Below are positions 1 through 11,800 of a DNA stretch of 26,961 nucleotides, one piece after another. Where the stretch lies: assembly GCA_044235305.1 (NCBI GenBank), contig JBIIHY010000001.1, positions 1 through 26,961 on the forward strand. Direction: 5' to 3'. Every line of letters begins with the position of its first letter. Positions within the stretch are counted from its first letter, which is position 1. Position numbers and translations under genes: made by a program. Origin of the DNA: Bdellovibrionota bacterium (GTDB taxonomy: Bacteria; Bdellovibrionota_C; UBA2361; OMII01). Under the pieces are notes generated by a model. It made no database searches. It had not been told where the DNA came from and saw only the letters and a list, made by a program, of their open reading frames with translations.

Positions 1-3000
1 TGTGAGTCGGCTGTGCACGAGAGCGGTGCTTTTGTTACCGTCAGTTTGCCGTTGGCGGTTGTGATCGTATAGAGCGATGCGGTTGGAGCTGAATCCCAGG
101 TGATGGCGTAGCCTGTTGTCTCGTTCACAGCAGAAGTAATTGTTGCTGTTGTAGTAAGAGTACCTCCCTGTATTCCGTCAGTTACGACCGTGCCGTCACT
201 TCGTCTGCAGGTAAACGAGAAAGAAGGATTAGCAACACCGTATTCGCGAGTGGCGTCGTTCGCGGTACAGGTGACTGGTATTTTATTAACAGTTATCGGC
301 ACTGAGGCAGAGCAGGTGGTGTAGTTTGTATCTCCTGGGATCGCGTAGTTTACGTTTAGGGTTCTTGTACCGGGCAACAGCACCGTGCCAGCCGCCGGAG
401 AATATGTGAAACGTTCTGGGTTCGCCACTGAAGTAGCAGTGCCCCACGCATTAGTGGCAGTTGCGTTAAGCTGAGTGCCGGAGAGAGCAGTACCGTACGT
501 GATTGCAGCAGGAGCACCCCACGCGCATGTGTGAGGCATCGGGTTGACAGTAATCGGAATCGAACAGGTGCTAGCTGTATATCCTGTACCGGGGGTAAAA
601 GTGGCATAGAAGGTGTAGGAGCCTGCACTCAATGTAGGGGTTCCTGTATAGGCGGTCTCTACACCAGTTAAGGAGGATCGAACCGTATAAGAGAATGTTC
701 CCGTAGCGGCGGCTGGGCTCTGTGTGGCGATGATCGAGGTGCCAAATGTTCCGATACTTATGGGGGTGCCGTAGGTAAATGACGGACCGCCAGAGAGTGA
801 ACAGGAGGTGACAGTAGTTGTAGGCGCTGAAACAACAAGCTTGCCGGGAGTGATGCTAGAAATATTGTACTTGGTACTACTAACTGGACCGCTAAAATCT
901 CTATGCTCGATATCGTACGTCCCAGCTAAAAGAGCGCCAGTTACCTCTGTTTTAACCCCAGTCTCAGTCTTAAACACCTTTAAGTTAATACCGCTTACGC
1001 TACTTATCAAATCAGAGCAGATAAAACCCGAGCAGCTAGTTGTAAGAAAATTCGCTGGCACTACCCCAGCAACCATCGCTTTATCATCAGCTTTACAGCT
1101 AAGTGGAGCCTTCGAAATGGTCAGGTATCCAGTGCCAACCGCAATGTCATAGAGACTCGAGGACGGCCACCCTGATGGGGTAAAGTTTATCTGATAATTG
1201 GTCGCCGGTGCGCTGCAGTCCACCGCCGACGTTGCAAGGACCCCGCCACTTATATCGCCTGTGACAATAGCGCCAGTCGGATCTGTCCCTACCCTACACT
1301 GGTAATCGAACGCCGGGTTTGCCGTCCCATACACCTTGGTCTTATTGTTTGGCCGGCAGGTGACCTGTTTCTTATTAACCACCACAGTGGTTGTGGCCGA
1401 GCAGCCGTTAAAATTATTAGCAACAGCCGGTGGTGGTGTAAAAGTTACCTGAACCGTGTACGTCGCAGGTGTCAGTATCGACCCCACCGACGGGGTAAAG
1501 CTAAAGAATCCAGCCTGCCCCGAATTTGTACTAGAATACGACGCTCCGCCAAGCACAGCCGCAGAAGCCGTCAGCGAAAGCGGTGTCTCGTAGTCAATCG
1601 GTGTTGGCGATGTAAGTGAGCAGGCGTAGCTAGCTTTATTAATTGTAATCGGCGTAGAGCATGTTGATGGGGCGTAGGTCGTATTATCTGGAACAAAGTC
1701 TGCATAGAGGGTGTATGTCCCTGCGTTGTAACCGATCTCTGGGACAAACGCACTCGCCGTCCCTGTGCTCGTCGGGGCAATGCGGTAGGTAACAGAGCCT
1801 GTTAAGGTACTACCCTTCGATGCTCCGGTAGCTATCTTACCAACTGTGGCAGGCGATATGGGGTTTTGAGTGTTAGGATATGTGAAAATGCCCGTGCCAG
1901 CCGAGACGGTACACATACTCGGTCTCTTCGGATCAGTGAGAAGCGCCCCATCCTGCCAGGTAATCTCGTAGTTTGTGCTCGTTGGAGTTGTTGTGTAGGT
2001 AATAGCATTACCAACAATTCGCAAACCACCCGTGTTGATAGCAGCGGTGCTCTGAGTATCTGGGGCGATAAAACCAGAACAGCTAAAAGTGAGTGAGCTT
2101 GCATCAGGAAAAGGCTCGCCGTCGATTATCCTTCGATCATCTGCTCTACAGGTAAGGGGTGCTTTATTTACCACCTGGTTCCGCGTCAATGGAGCACACG
2201 CCAGATAGTTGGTAGAATCTGTCGGTGTAAATGTCGCTGTAATTGCGGTCGTGCCAGCATTTAGCCTTGTAGAAGCTAGCTGCGAGTATGTGAAGGTTCC
2301 AGGAACAGTCCCCCCGTTGAAGGTGGCTGTTGCATTAAGGTGCGCTGACGGTAGCAGCGTTCCGTAGGTGATAGCACTTGGTGTCGTCCAAGCGCACGTT
2401 GGTTGCGCCTTGGTGATGGTGAAGGTGGCAGAGCAGTCCGTATTAGCATACGTCGGATCGGTCGGGTCAAACGAGGCCGTTACTGTATAGCTATTGGCGC
2501 TTGCATTCGGAAAAGTTCCGCCCCCCGAGTAGTAGTAGGAGAACTGCCCCGCTAACGCTCCCCCTGTCCCGGTAGTTCCCGAGCCTACCGGCGTTATTGC
2601 CGTGCCATATGCGAACGAAGAGCCACCAACAGATACCGAGCACCTTGTCGTTAAAAACGCCTTCACTGTTAGAAGCGCTGTTGATGTTGAGACGGTGTAA
2701 TTAGGAATAGTTGGCGGGTTACTTGCAACGTAACTGATTGTGTACAGGCCAGGCAGACTACTTGCAGTTGCATTGGTAGTTAAACTACCCCCGGACACCT
2801 TCGCCATCGTATCACCATTTACAAACCCTTCGCAGGTGTGGGTGAGAGGGATGCTTGCTGGGTTAGTGCCCTGAAACATCTCTTTAGGATCAGGCCAACA
2901 ACTCAATGACTTCGGATTTACCGTCAGATTAGTGGAACAAGATTTCGCGTTGTAATTAGCCGTTGCTAGTACGCTCGCAGTTATAGTGTAGGCAGAAGCC

Positions 3001-5651
3001 GATGCATTGAGGGTGATACCTACTATCGAGCTTAAGCCCGAGTATGGAGTAGAGAGCCCTGCGCCTGATATCGAGTAAATCGCGCTCGATGAAGCCGGTG
3101 AAAATACCGCGCTCTGGTGTGCGGAGTTAAGAGCGGTGCCGTAAGTTATCGGGTTTAGCGCGCCGAAAGAGCATGAAGGTGTTGCCTTGGCAACAACAAG
3201 GCTCGCCGGACACTCTGTTATCTCATACGTGGCAGAGTTGCTTGGGGTAAACTTTGCGTAGATCGTGTAAGTTCCGGCACCTAGTTGAGACGCTCCAGAG
3301 GGTAGCGGATTTCTATTCGTTGAGCTTCCTATAGAATATTCATAGATAAATGTGCCAGCCACCGGTACTCCGGATAACGTCTGCGCAGTCGCTGACGGTG
3401 TAGTCGTTGTGCCATAAGTTATCGAGTTGCCCCCCATGAGAGTAAGGTCGCACCGCGTTGCTATCTTGTTAGTGATTGTTAAGGTGCCAGGAGTAGTTGT
3501 GATCTGGTAGTTGTTGTTTACCGGCACACTTGTGTAGGTAATCGGATACTCCCCTACAGGACTACTTGTTGTGGCCGTTGTTGTTAGGCTCCAGCCTGTA
3601 ATTGAAGTAGCAGTGTCAGGCGAAACCAACCCGGTACAGGTCTGGGTTAGTGCTGGCAAGGACGACGCCCCCACTGTCATCGACTTATTGTCTGCCTTAC
3701 AGGCAAGTGCCAGCTTGGTAACAGTGAGCGTGCCCGGTTGTGTGGGAATTGTATAATTAGTGGATGTTGGCGCTGACGCCCATGTAATCGGATAGTCACC
3801 TGCATTACTGCTATCAGTAGCTGTAGTAGTGAGTGAGCCTTGGGTAGCAAGGTTTGCAGTGCTCTCACCGGTAATAAAACCAGAGCAGGTGAATGCAAAG
3901 CTTGGATTTGCTTGCCTGTAAGGCCGAGAGGTCGAAGTAGCTGTGCACGTTAAACTCTTTGGCGTAACGACCTGAACAACTGATACAGATACCGGTGATG
4001 GATAGGTAGCTGTGTCGCTTGCTCGGAATGTAACGCTAATCGTGTTGTTGCCGACGGGAAGAATCGTTCCCGCGGCACGGGAATATTCAAAGGTTCCAGG
4101 AACGTTTGCAGTTGCATTTAACTGTGTTGCTGAGAGAGCTGTTCCGTAAACAATCGCTGCCGGTGTGTTCCATGTGACAACAGGAGGCGGCACCGAACAT
4201 TGCGGAAGCGCCGTAGTAACCGTAAGGCCCGAGCACACATTCCCGCCGTTTACTGGCCCGCCATTTGTGCCCCATGTCTGAACGAAATTTCCAGCCGTTG
4301 CAAGACAACTTGGAACTGTCGCTGGCTCTAGGGTTGTCTTCTGGCAATCTTGAACTAGTTGGCAGCTTGCGTTACAGCGCCAACCATTTGCTGCGGTATT
4401 GGCGGCTGGAAGAGTCGTCCCGTCGCACTGGTCTGTACCGTTTATGACGCTATCTCCGCACGATGTACATGCAGGTAGCGCCGTCACAACCGTGAGATCC
4501 GTGCATGCAGCTCCGCCGTTTATCGGCCCACCATTGGTGGACCAGGTCTGAGTAAAATTCCCTGCCGGTGATTGGCAACTAGGGACAGTTGCAGGACTTA
4601 AGCTGACCTTCACACAATCTTGAATCAACTGGCACGAAGCGCTGCAACGCCAGCCGCTTGAAGCTGGTTTATCCGCTGGCAAAGCGCTTCCATCGCAGGC
4701 ATCCAGCCCGTTTATTACCCCGTCCCCGCAGCTTGGCCCAACCACTCCCCCTGTGCACGGGAAAGTAGGAAGCACCGGGTAGCAACTTAGATTTGGATTG
4801 CTTGCTGGCTGCGAAAATGGCCAACTTGATGTGCTTGCGTATTGCCCACACGTTACTACTCCACACGAAGACGGTGTTGGTGTAACTGTTGGAGTTGCTG
4901 TCGGCGTAGGGGTGTTTGTAGGGGTTGCTGTCGGCGTTGCCGTGGGCGTCGGTGTTGGTGTTGAGGTCGGCGTATTCGTTGGTGTTGCCGTTGGCGTCGG
5001 CGTGCGCGTTGGAGTAGCTGTTGGCACTGGATGAAGCGCCACTGCTGGTGCCGGCATCGCTACCGTAAACCCTAGAGCTCGTCCGGTATCACCACCTAGT
5101 AGCCCAGCAAAGCCGCCGCTTATCGGACTGGCACGAACCGCCATGGCGAGAAAGCTACCAACTTGGTCTGATGAAAGATTGGATAAACTTGCTGACGAGT
5201 TAGTATATGTCGTCCCATCTTGAAATCGCGCTGTCTCACCGGGGCGCAAAGCCAAAGCTCTGTAATACACAGTCTGGTCATCTGGGTAAGAACCCATAAC
5301 CATTCTATCTGGCGACATGCAGCTCGACATGCGACTGCGGGTCAGCGCAAGCTGCTCAACAGTTGTCCGTGCATTACGACGCGTGGCAAGATCTGAACTC
5401 TGCAACCCAGATATTAGCTCCCTATTTTTACTTATCTCAGTTACCGACTGCCCAATCGATGACTGCGAGCAGCTCGAAGAGAACATCAGCGAGGCGAATA
5501 CAAACCCTGCTAACAATATAGCGCCTACCAAGAAGAGGATAAGCACTGCCTCAACCAGAGCAACGCCCCTCATCGCCGCATACGAGCGGGCGCCACCGCT
5601 AATACGGCTACATAGGAGCTTTTGATTTGCCATCTGTTTATTCATCGGCAC
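1..5651 (-). CDS. Giant TadE/prepilin-like N-anchored, Cys-rich MBG/Ig-repeat surface protein, paralog 1 (3'-truncated by window edge, >1883 aa)
   Basis: GTG at 5651 (ATG at 5645) corresponds to the start of the 13494 ORF (offset 7843). Manual translation shows no stop, and the frame at the left edge ([10 protein letters not shown]) matches the start frame. It is absent from the ORF track because there is no in-window stop. N-terminus [30 protein letters not shown], then PT linker, [14 protein letters not shown] repeats and MBG motifs ([36 protein letters not shown]). Module order is collinear with paralog 2. Confidence 0.9.
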   Translation of the reverse strand, partial: MPMNKQMANQKLLCSRISGGARSYAAMRGVALVEAVLILFLVGAILLAGFVFASLMFSSSCSQSSIGQSVTEISKNRELISGLQSSDLATRRNARTTVEQLALTRSRMSSCMSPDRMVMGSYPDDQTVYYRALALRPGETARFQDGTTYTNSSASLSNLSSDQVGSFLAMAVRASPISGGFAGLLGGDTGRALGFTVAMPAPAVALHPVPTATPTRTPTPTATPTNTPTSTPTPTPTATPTATPTNTPTPTATPTVTPTPSSCGVVTCGQYASTSSWPFSQPASNPNLSCYPVLPTFPCTGGVVGPSCGDGVINGLDACDGSALPADKPASSGWRCSASCQLIQDCVKVSLSPATVPSCQSPAGNFTQTWSTNGGPINGGAACTDLTVVTALPACTSCGDSVINGTDQCDGTTLPAANTAANGWRCNASCQLVQDCQKTTLEPATVPSCLATAGNFVQTWGTNGGPVNGGNVCSGLTVTTALPQCSVPPPVVTWNTPAAIVYGTALSATQLNATANVPGTFEYSRAAGTILPVGNNTISVTFRASDTATYPSPVSVSVVQVVTPKSLTCTATSTSRPYRQANPSFAFTCSGFITGESTANLATQGSLTTTATDSSNAGDYPITWASAPTSTNYTIPTQPGTLTVTKLALACKADNKSMTVGASSLPALTQTCTGLVSPDTATSITGWSLTTTATTSSPVGEYPITYTSVPVNNNYQITTTPGTLTITNKIATRCDLTLMGGNSITYGTTTTPSATAQTLSGVPVAGTFIYEYSIGSSTNRNPLPSGASQLGAGTYTIYAKFTPSNSATYEITECPASLVVAKATPSCSFGALNPITYGTALNSAHQSAVFSPASSSAIYSISGAGLSTPYSGLSSIVGITLNASASAYTITASVLATANYNAKSCSTNLTVNPKSLSCWPDPKEMFQGTNPASIPLTHTCEGFVNGDTMAKVSGGSLTTNATASSLPGLYTISYVASNPPTIPNYTVSTSTALLTVKAFLTTRCSVSVGGSSFAYGTAITPVGSGTTGTGGALAGQFSYYYSGGGTFPNASANSYTVTASFDPTDPTYANTDCSATFTITKAQPTCAWTTPSAITYGTLLPSAHLNATATFNGGTVPGTFTYSQLASTRLNAGTTAITATFTPTDSTNYLACAPLTRNQVVNKAPLTCRADDRRIIDGEPFPDASSLTFSCSGFIAPDTQSTAAINTGGLRIVGNAITYTTTPTSTNYEITWQDGALLTDPKRPSMCTVSAGTGIFTYPNTQNPISPATVGKIATGASKGSTLTGSVTYRIAPTSTGTASAFVPEIGYNAGTYTLYADFVPDNTTYAPSTCSTPITINKASYACSLTSPTPIDYETPLSLTASAAVLGGASYSSTNSGQAGFFSFTPSVGSILTPATYTVQVTFTPPPAVANNFNGCSATTTVVVNKKQVTCRPNNKTKVYGTANPAFDYQCRVGTDPTGAIVTGDISGGVLATSAVDCSAPATNYQINFTPSGWPSSSLYDIAVGTGYLTISKAPLSCKADDKAMVAGVVPANFLTTSCSGFICSDLISSVSGINLKVFKTETGVKTEVTGALLAGTYDIEHRDFSGPVSSTKYNISSITPGKLVVSAPTTTVTSCSLSGGPSFTYGTPISIGTFGTSIIATQSPAAATGTFSYTVRSSLTGVETAYTGTPTLSAGSYTFYATFTPGTGYTASTCSIPITVNPMPHTCAWGAPAAITYGTALSGTQLNATATNAWGTATSVANPERFTYSPAAGTVLLPGTRTLNVNYAIPGDTNYTTCSASVPITVNKIPVTCTANDATREYGVANPSFSFTCRRSDGTVVTDGIQGGTLTTTATITSAVNETTGYAITWDSAPTASLYTITTANGKLTVTKAPLSCTADS
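4872..5030 (-). repeat. Pro/Thr (PTxT)n low-complexity linker of paralog 1 (~53 aa)
   Basis: Degenerate gttgg(c/t)gt repeats encoding [52 protein letters not shown]. Confidence 0.9.
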
Positions 5652-5661
5652 AGGGCATGGG
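5041..5661. repeat. Near-identical direct repeat, copy A (5' part of giant gene 1)
   Basis: Manual alignment to 12884-13504 gives 10 mismatches in 621 bp. Confidence 0.95.
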
Positions 5662-5727
5662 TCAGAAGAGTTCGTTGTCTACCCCTACCTTTAACTCTAT
5701 GCCCTACCGAACTACCTGTATAGCCAA

Positions 5728-5765
5728 AGAATTAAGCAGCCTGATAATTGGTGATTACTTGTTTT
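5728..5765 (-). promoter_or_regulatory. Conserved upstream motif, copy A (candidate promoter/TF site)
   Basis: 31/38 identical to 13582-13619 within otherwise diverged intergenic DNA. Core on the coding strand: AAAACAAGTAAYCACCAAWTAYCAGGC. Confidence 0.4.
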
Positions 5766-5850
5766 ACCGATACCGAATTGACCGAGGCGTCGGGTAGTGA
5801 ATCCCCTTAGACAGCTCTGTTGCTAAGTAGGGGAAGTGCGTAAAGATATT

Positions 5851-8800
5851 TTATGGGCAGCGCGGCCATACCTGCTCGGTAGATGTTGTCCCGCCCAAAT
5901 TGACTCCATTGCCGGAAAACATGGTAGTGGGGAAGGTAAAGGCCTCCATGCCCGTGTCAGCGTGGCAAAAGGTGAAATCCTTAGGGCTCCCTGGACACTC
6001 AGAACCCATATTGACGTTTACAGACTTTCCGCAACTGTTTGTCACTTGTCTCTGCCTACGCCCTCGCTTCGGACAACAACGGCCCGAAGGACCAACATTT
6101 ATGTCAACAAGACCTCCGAAATAGCCGGGCTGATTGAACGACCACAGACCTGTAGCATTGGAAGGCACTTGTATAATCCCAACCTCCTCACTCCAAGCGC
6201 TATAGAGGGTTTGTGTCCTCGTGCCCCCCGTACACAACGGCCACCCATCTTTATCTGTTGGATAAGGACCAAACCAAACCGTCGTCAGGCACTGTCCTTT
6301 AGCCGAGTCAGGACAACTGTACTTACATGCAACACAAGAACAACCCAATCCCGCGCATCCTGAGTCTATCCCACCATCACATTCCTCAGAGTCTTGGTTG
6401 ATTTGACCATCTCCGCAGAACGGCCCCGTCACTGGCTGAGGTACAACCTTAAGCTTACCAGAGCAAGTAGTCGGTTCATAAAATTCATCCCCTGCTAGAG
6501 TAGCATCTACATCGTAGTCGTTCGCTGCTAAGGTTGATCCATTCGAGAGAGTAGTTTTCGAAGAACCAATCGAAGCTACATACGTAAAGTTTCTACCCGA
6601 AGCGCTATCAGTCAGCAGATAGTTTGCCCCTGCGCTATCCTGAATTTTTACCGTATTTGGCAGGGTGATGGTCTGCGGAGTAGCTAAGACGCATGCCCCT
6701 TTAGCTTTATTCACCGTTAGAGTGCCATCTGTAGACGTAGTTAAACTCAGTCGGTCATTCGCGGGGAGGGTTGCCTTAATGGTGTAGCTCCCAGGCCTTG
6801 GAACGCCTGAGCCTGGCGTAAGAAGCAAACTACTCAAGTCATAGGAGTACTGCCGACCGTCTGGAGCAGTGCTAGGGAACGTACCTCCACTGCCGTCTAT
6901 CGTAACCGCAGTCGGCCACGTTATTGTCTTGTTCGTTACTGAGCAGTTGTCCCCTTGCTTAGTGTTTACAGTCAGAGCTCTGGTTACCTCACAGCCATTC
7001 CAGTTTGCATTACCAGCCCAGGACATCTTGAGATTGTATATGCCTGCAGCGGAGAATGTAGAACCCGCACTCAAGGATTCCGTTACGGCACCGACTGTGC
7101 GTTGGTAAACCATTGCGGGCGAAGTCAAGGCAGTCAGATTGTCTTTAACTGTAGCCCCAAGCACAGATGCTGGAACCGTCTCATCTACCTTAAGCGAAGT
7201 TGGAGACAGCGTCCAGGCGCACGTAGGCGTTCCTTTTCCAATGGTCAGAGGCGCTGAACAGACTGCGCCGCTGGTGCTCGACGTACCTGAAAAGGTCGCC
7301 GTTATGTCGTAGGTTCCGGCTTCCAGGGTAGTTGCGGACGAATCTACCACGCCTGTGGTGTTGCCTCCAACTCCCATCGCTTGAGCAGTCGCACTACCAT
7401 CTTTTTTATAAGAGAACGTGACCGTGCCACCAGTGACTGGAAATCCAGAGGACGATACTGTTGCCCGGGCTGTGATAACGTTTCCACTACCAAAATTCCG
7501 AGAGGCGCCACCACCTACGATCTCAATCCCGCAGTCTGCTTGCGGTAAGGCTTTTATCTCTAGCGTCCCTTTGGTTACCGTTACCGCGTAGTTAGACGCT
7601 GTGACCGATGGGGTGATATCGTATTTACCGACATCTTCGCCTGCGGCGCGAGTATAACTGATCGTCGGATTGTTGCTATTTAGGATGCCACTGCAGCTAC
7701 CTGTAAGTGTGGGGTTGGCAGCTCCCTTGAACTTAGACTTAGAGTCGGCTTTGCAGGAGAGCGGTGCTTGCGTGACCTCAAGCTCGCCCGGAACTATCGC
7801 AATATCATAGATTGTCGAGGTTACACCTGTAAGCGTGATAGGGTATTTACCGACATTCGATAGATTATCGGCTGTTGTTGTCAACGTTCCGCCGGTTATG
7901 GAGTCAGTGATCGTTACCGACGGGTTACTGCGATCGTAGCAACGGTAGCTCAGTGTTGGATTAGCACTACCATATTGACGCGACACACGGTTGGGTTTGC
8001 ATTCAATTCCGGCTGTGGTTGTGACTGGTATTTTGTTCACCGTAATGGTAGTCGAGGTTGGGCAACCGGTGAAGTTACCATTGCTAGGAATAAAAGTTGC
8101 CTTCAATAGGTGAGCAACAGTGCTCGCCACTAGCACGGTGCCGGCCGGAGGATCGTATGTGAAACTCCCAGCAGGCGCTGGGGAGGAAGTCGCTTTGGCG
8201 TTAAGCTGGGTACCTGTCAGAGCGCTGGGGTAGTTGATAGCAGACGGTGCTGTCCATGAACATGTGACAGCTTTCGGTTTGACTGTTATTGCTGCAGAAC
8301 AGGTGGACTCTGCAACATTAGAATTAGACGGTTTAAATGTTGCCGTGAAAACATGAGACCCAGCATTCAGGGTTGGTGGATAATTGCCGTCGTAAACAGT
8401 ATTTGTAGAACCATTCGAGCTAATTTGGTAAGAGAAAGTTCCATTGATGAAGGAACTAGCGTTTATATTATATCCCGACGGTGTGCCAACAGTTATCGTA
8501 TCGCCATAAGTATACACAGTGGGATTAGCCTCGAGCGTGCAAGATGAAGGCGAAACTGCTACTGTTTTAAGCTCTCCGGAGTCCAGGGTGACGTCGTAAT
8601 TTGTGCTCGAGATGGCCAGGCCGGTCTGATTTTTGATTGTATACGTCTTGTTCGCCGTTTGCACATCGGCGTCCGCTATCTCTTGCTCTATATTGTTAAC
8701 GGTTTTATAAGCCTTCAGTGTTATCCCACTCGGCGCACTGCTGCTCATGGTATCCGCACCCACAAAGCCGCCGCAGCCGTAGGTATAGCTAACTGGCACC

Positions 8801-11800
8801 TTGGCAGTTTTCGTCGCCTGGATAACTCGGTTGTCAGCCTTACACCGCAGTGGCGCTTTCGTGATCGTAAATATTCCCTTTTCCTGAGCATTGCCATCGA
8901 GACTAGTCTGAACCTCATAGACGTCTGACCACGGCACTTTGTCCCAGGTGATACTACCGATGATGGTCCCTGGGACTGTATTGTTCCCAACAGTGGTCTC
9001 TAGTTTCCCACCAAAGATATTGGCTGGAATGATAGCTTTATCAATATTATCCGATTTGTTTTCGCCTGCCCTGCATGTGAAATCCAGAGGCGGATTTGCT
9101 GTACCATACACCTTAGTCTTATTATTTGGCCGGCACGTCACATATGTTTTGCTGACTGTCAGATCCTTTGTTGTCGTGCAACCGTTAAAATTCTTTTGCA
9201 CAGCGGACGGCGGCGTAAAATTAACCTGAAGCTTATAACTTCCGGGTCTAAGCGTTGAGCTTGCCCCTGGATTGAATACAAACCGGGTGGAATTGCTCGT
9301 GCTATTATATGTATCTCCCCCTGTGGCGGAGGCAGTAGCCTGAAGATTGACCGGGGTGCCATATTCAATCGAAGCGGGAGGCGGAGAAGTAAAGCTACAT
9401 TGATAGTCCCGTTTTGCAATCGTGACCTGCGTCGTGCACGTTGTTGGTAAATATTGGTCAGTTTCTTTCGGGGCGAATTTTGCGGTGATAGTGTACGTTC
9501 CAGCGTCGTAATTCTTGGTGGCACTAAACGTTTCAGAAGAGAGCTCTGCTGATGCAATCGAGTAAGAAATAGTAGACGCTTCCACACCCCCTAATGCGGT
9601 GGTCGTTGGCGTCCCTATCGCATCGCCATAAGTGAGACTCGGATTTGTTACCGTCACGGTACATGCGGGGGTTATTTGGGGGTCAATCTTTAGAACCCCG
9701 TCAGTCCACGTAATCAGATAATTACTATTCGTCGGCGCAGGCGAGGCCGTGATGTAGCTTCCTGAAGGACCAGTTACAACCACTAAAGTGATTGGAACCT
9801 TGCTTTGAGTATCTCCGTTAACAAACCCATTACAGCTGTAGGTAAGCGCAGGGTTCGGCTGCCCTGCGAATTTCCGCTTATCGTCTGCTCGACAGGAAAG
9901 CGGCGCCTTATTTACCTTCAAGGTTCGCTTTAAGCTGCAGGTATTGAAATTACCGGCACTAGCAGTAGAAGGAGTAAAAGTCGCTGTGATCTCCAAGGCG
10001 TCGTTAGCGTCTGGTGTCGTAGCACTTGCTGGTGAGTACGAAAAAATGCCGGCAACCGTGGCGCCGTTATACGTCGCCACCGCATTCAACTGATCGACTG
10101 ACAGCTTGGTGCCATACGTAATCGCTTGCGGTTGTGCCCATGCGCAGGTTGGCGTCACTTTCGCAATCGTAAAAGAGGCACTACACGTTGCTGTGTCATA
10201 GTTTTTATTTGCTGGGGTAAAGGTGGCAGCTACTGTGTAATTTCCGGCAGCATTAACTTGAAAGCTTCCGTTAATCGGCACACTTGCTTGTCCACCACCC
10301 GTATAGGAATAGGAGAAGGAGCCTGCCATAGTGAAGCCGTTGCCATCTTTTCCTTCGCCCCTAGGGTAGATGTAACTACTCAACACCGGACTCGCTGGAT
10401 CTATGGACACAGTGCAGCTAGACGCTAGCTTCATATTAACAGTGAGCTTACTCTCCGTTGTTTTGACGGTGTAATTTGGGATTGAGGGCGGGCTGCCGGC
10501 GACATAACGAATGTAGTAATTGCTACCCACTGGACTACTTGCGGTTGCATTAGTCTCTAATGCTCCACCGCTTACTTGGGCCATAGAGTCAGGTGCCACA
10601 AAATCAGATGTCGTACATGAGTGTGTGAGCGGTATTTTTGACGGATCCGACCCTTGATACATGCTCTTAGCGTGCGGAGCACAATTAAGATCTTTTGAGT
10701 TGACCATCAGCGTCGTTGAACAGGAGCTTGCGGAGTAGTTGTTCGTCTCCGGTACACTGGCGGTAATTGTGTAAGCCGAATTAGAAGCATTCAACTTGCG
10801 GTCTACAATCGTAGTGAGGTCAGTAAGTGGCGCCGCGAGAGCTCCTCCAGAAATTGAATAAAATATCTGCTCGTCGTTCGGATTAAATGATGCCACAGCC
10901 TGCTGTTGCGCCAAGGTGAGCGAATTACCGTACGTAATCGGGGCAAGCGTCCCAGGGGAGCACCCTCGTGCTGCCTTGGTTACAGTGACGCTAAGAGGAT
11001 CGCAATTGATTTCTGCATAGGTCTGAACACTCGGTTTGAAGCGAGCGTACATGGTATAGGTACCAGCTCCGAGCTTAAAACCATCAGCTGGGAATGTCTG
11101 CCGTATCCCATTTACCCCCGGAGCGACCTCGTAACTAAAACCCCCGTTTACTTGTGTGCTACCATCCATCACTGGATTACCAGTTACCTTGACAGTAGCA
11201 CCGTAGCTAAACGTTCCCCCGCCACCTATGGTGCATCGCAGCACGGTTTTATCAGACACGCTCAGGGTCGCATTTGAAGTTGTTACGTTGTAGTTGGTCG
11301 CTGAAGGCTTTGGATTAGTCGAATAAGAGATCGGATAGTTGCCCGTTACGGCAGGCGATGTAGCTGTAGTAGTTAAAGAGCCGTTTGACAGCACCACCTG
11401 TGCAATTTCATTATCAACGAACCCGTCACAGGTAGCCGTAAGAAAAGTAGTTGGGTCGAATGTAGCGCCAGCGGTGAGGGATTTATTATGTGCCGCACAG
11501 GACACGCTACGTTTACTGACCGTAAAGAGATTCGTTCCTGGCTTTCTAGATATCGAATAGTTCTTTGCCTCGGGAAAATCGCCCCAATTAATATCGTACG
11601 TCCCAGCATTACTAGCAAAAACAGCTGTAGTGGTGAGAGAGCCCGCCTTAGTGAAAACAGTCGTCCCTTCCAGCACTCCTGATTTAGTGATGAAGCCCGT
11701 GCACGAATAAGCCAGAGCAGGGTTGGCTGCTTTGTAGAGCCTACTGGCAGCCACGGGAGTACATTCTAATCCCTTTTGGGTGACTTTTTGATTAACTGTC

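Noticed and set aside
4872-5030. Short tandem repeats resembling a CRISPR array or VNTR
   Set aside because: They are degenerate codon-level PT repeats inside a CDS, with no constant repeat plus unique spacers and no cas genes.
356-5625. Many short ORFs (60-115 aa) on both strands over the left 5.6 kb
   Set aside because: They are antisense or off-frame shadows of the single long minus-strand ORF.
5801-5836. Imperfect hairpin just after the paralog 2 stop
   Set aside because: The stem is bulged and has no U-tract, so it cannot be supported as an intrinsic terminator.
5836-6363. 175-aa plus-strand ORF
   Set aside because: It is antisense to the Cys-rich C-terminus of the 2547-aa gene and has no recognisable motifs.
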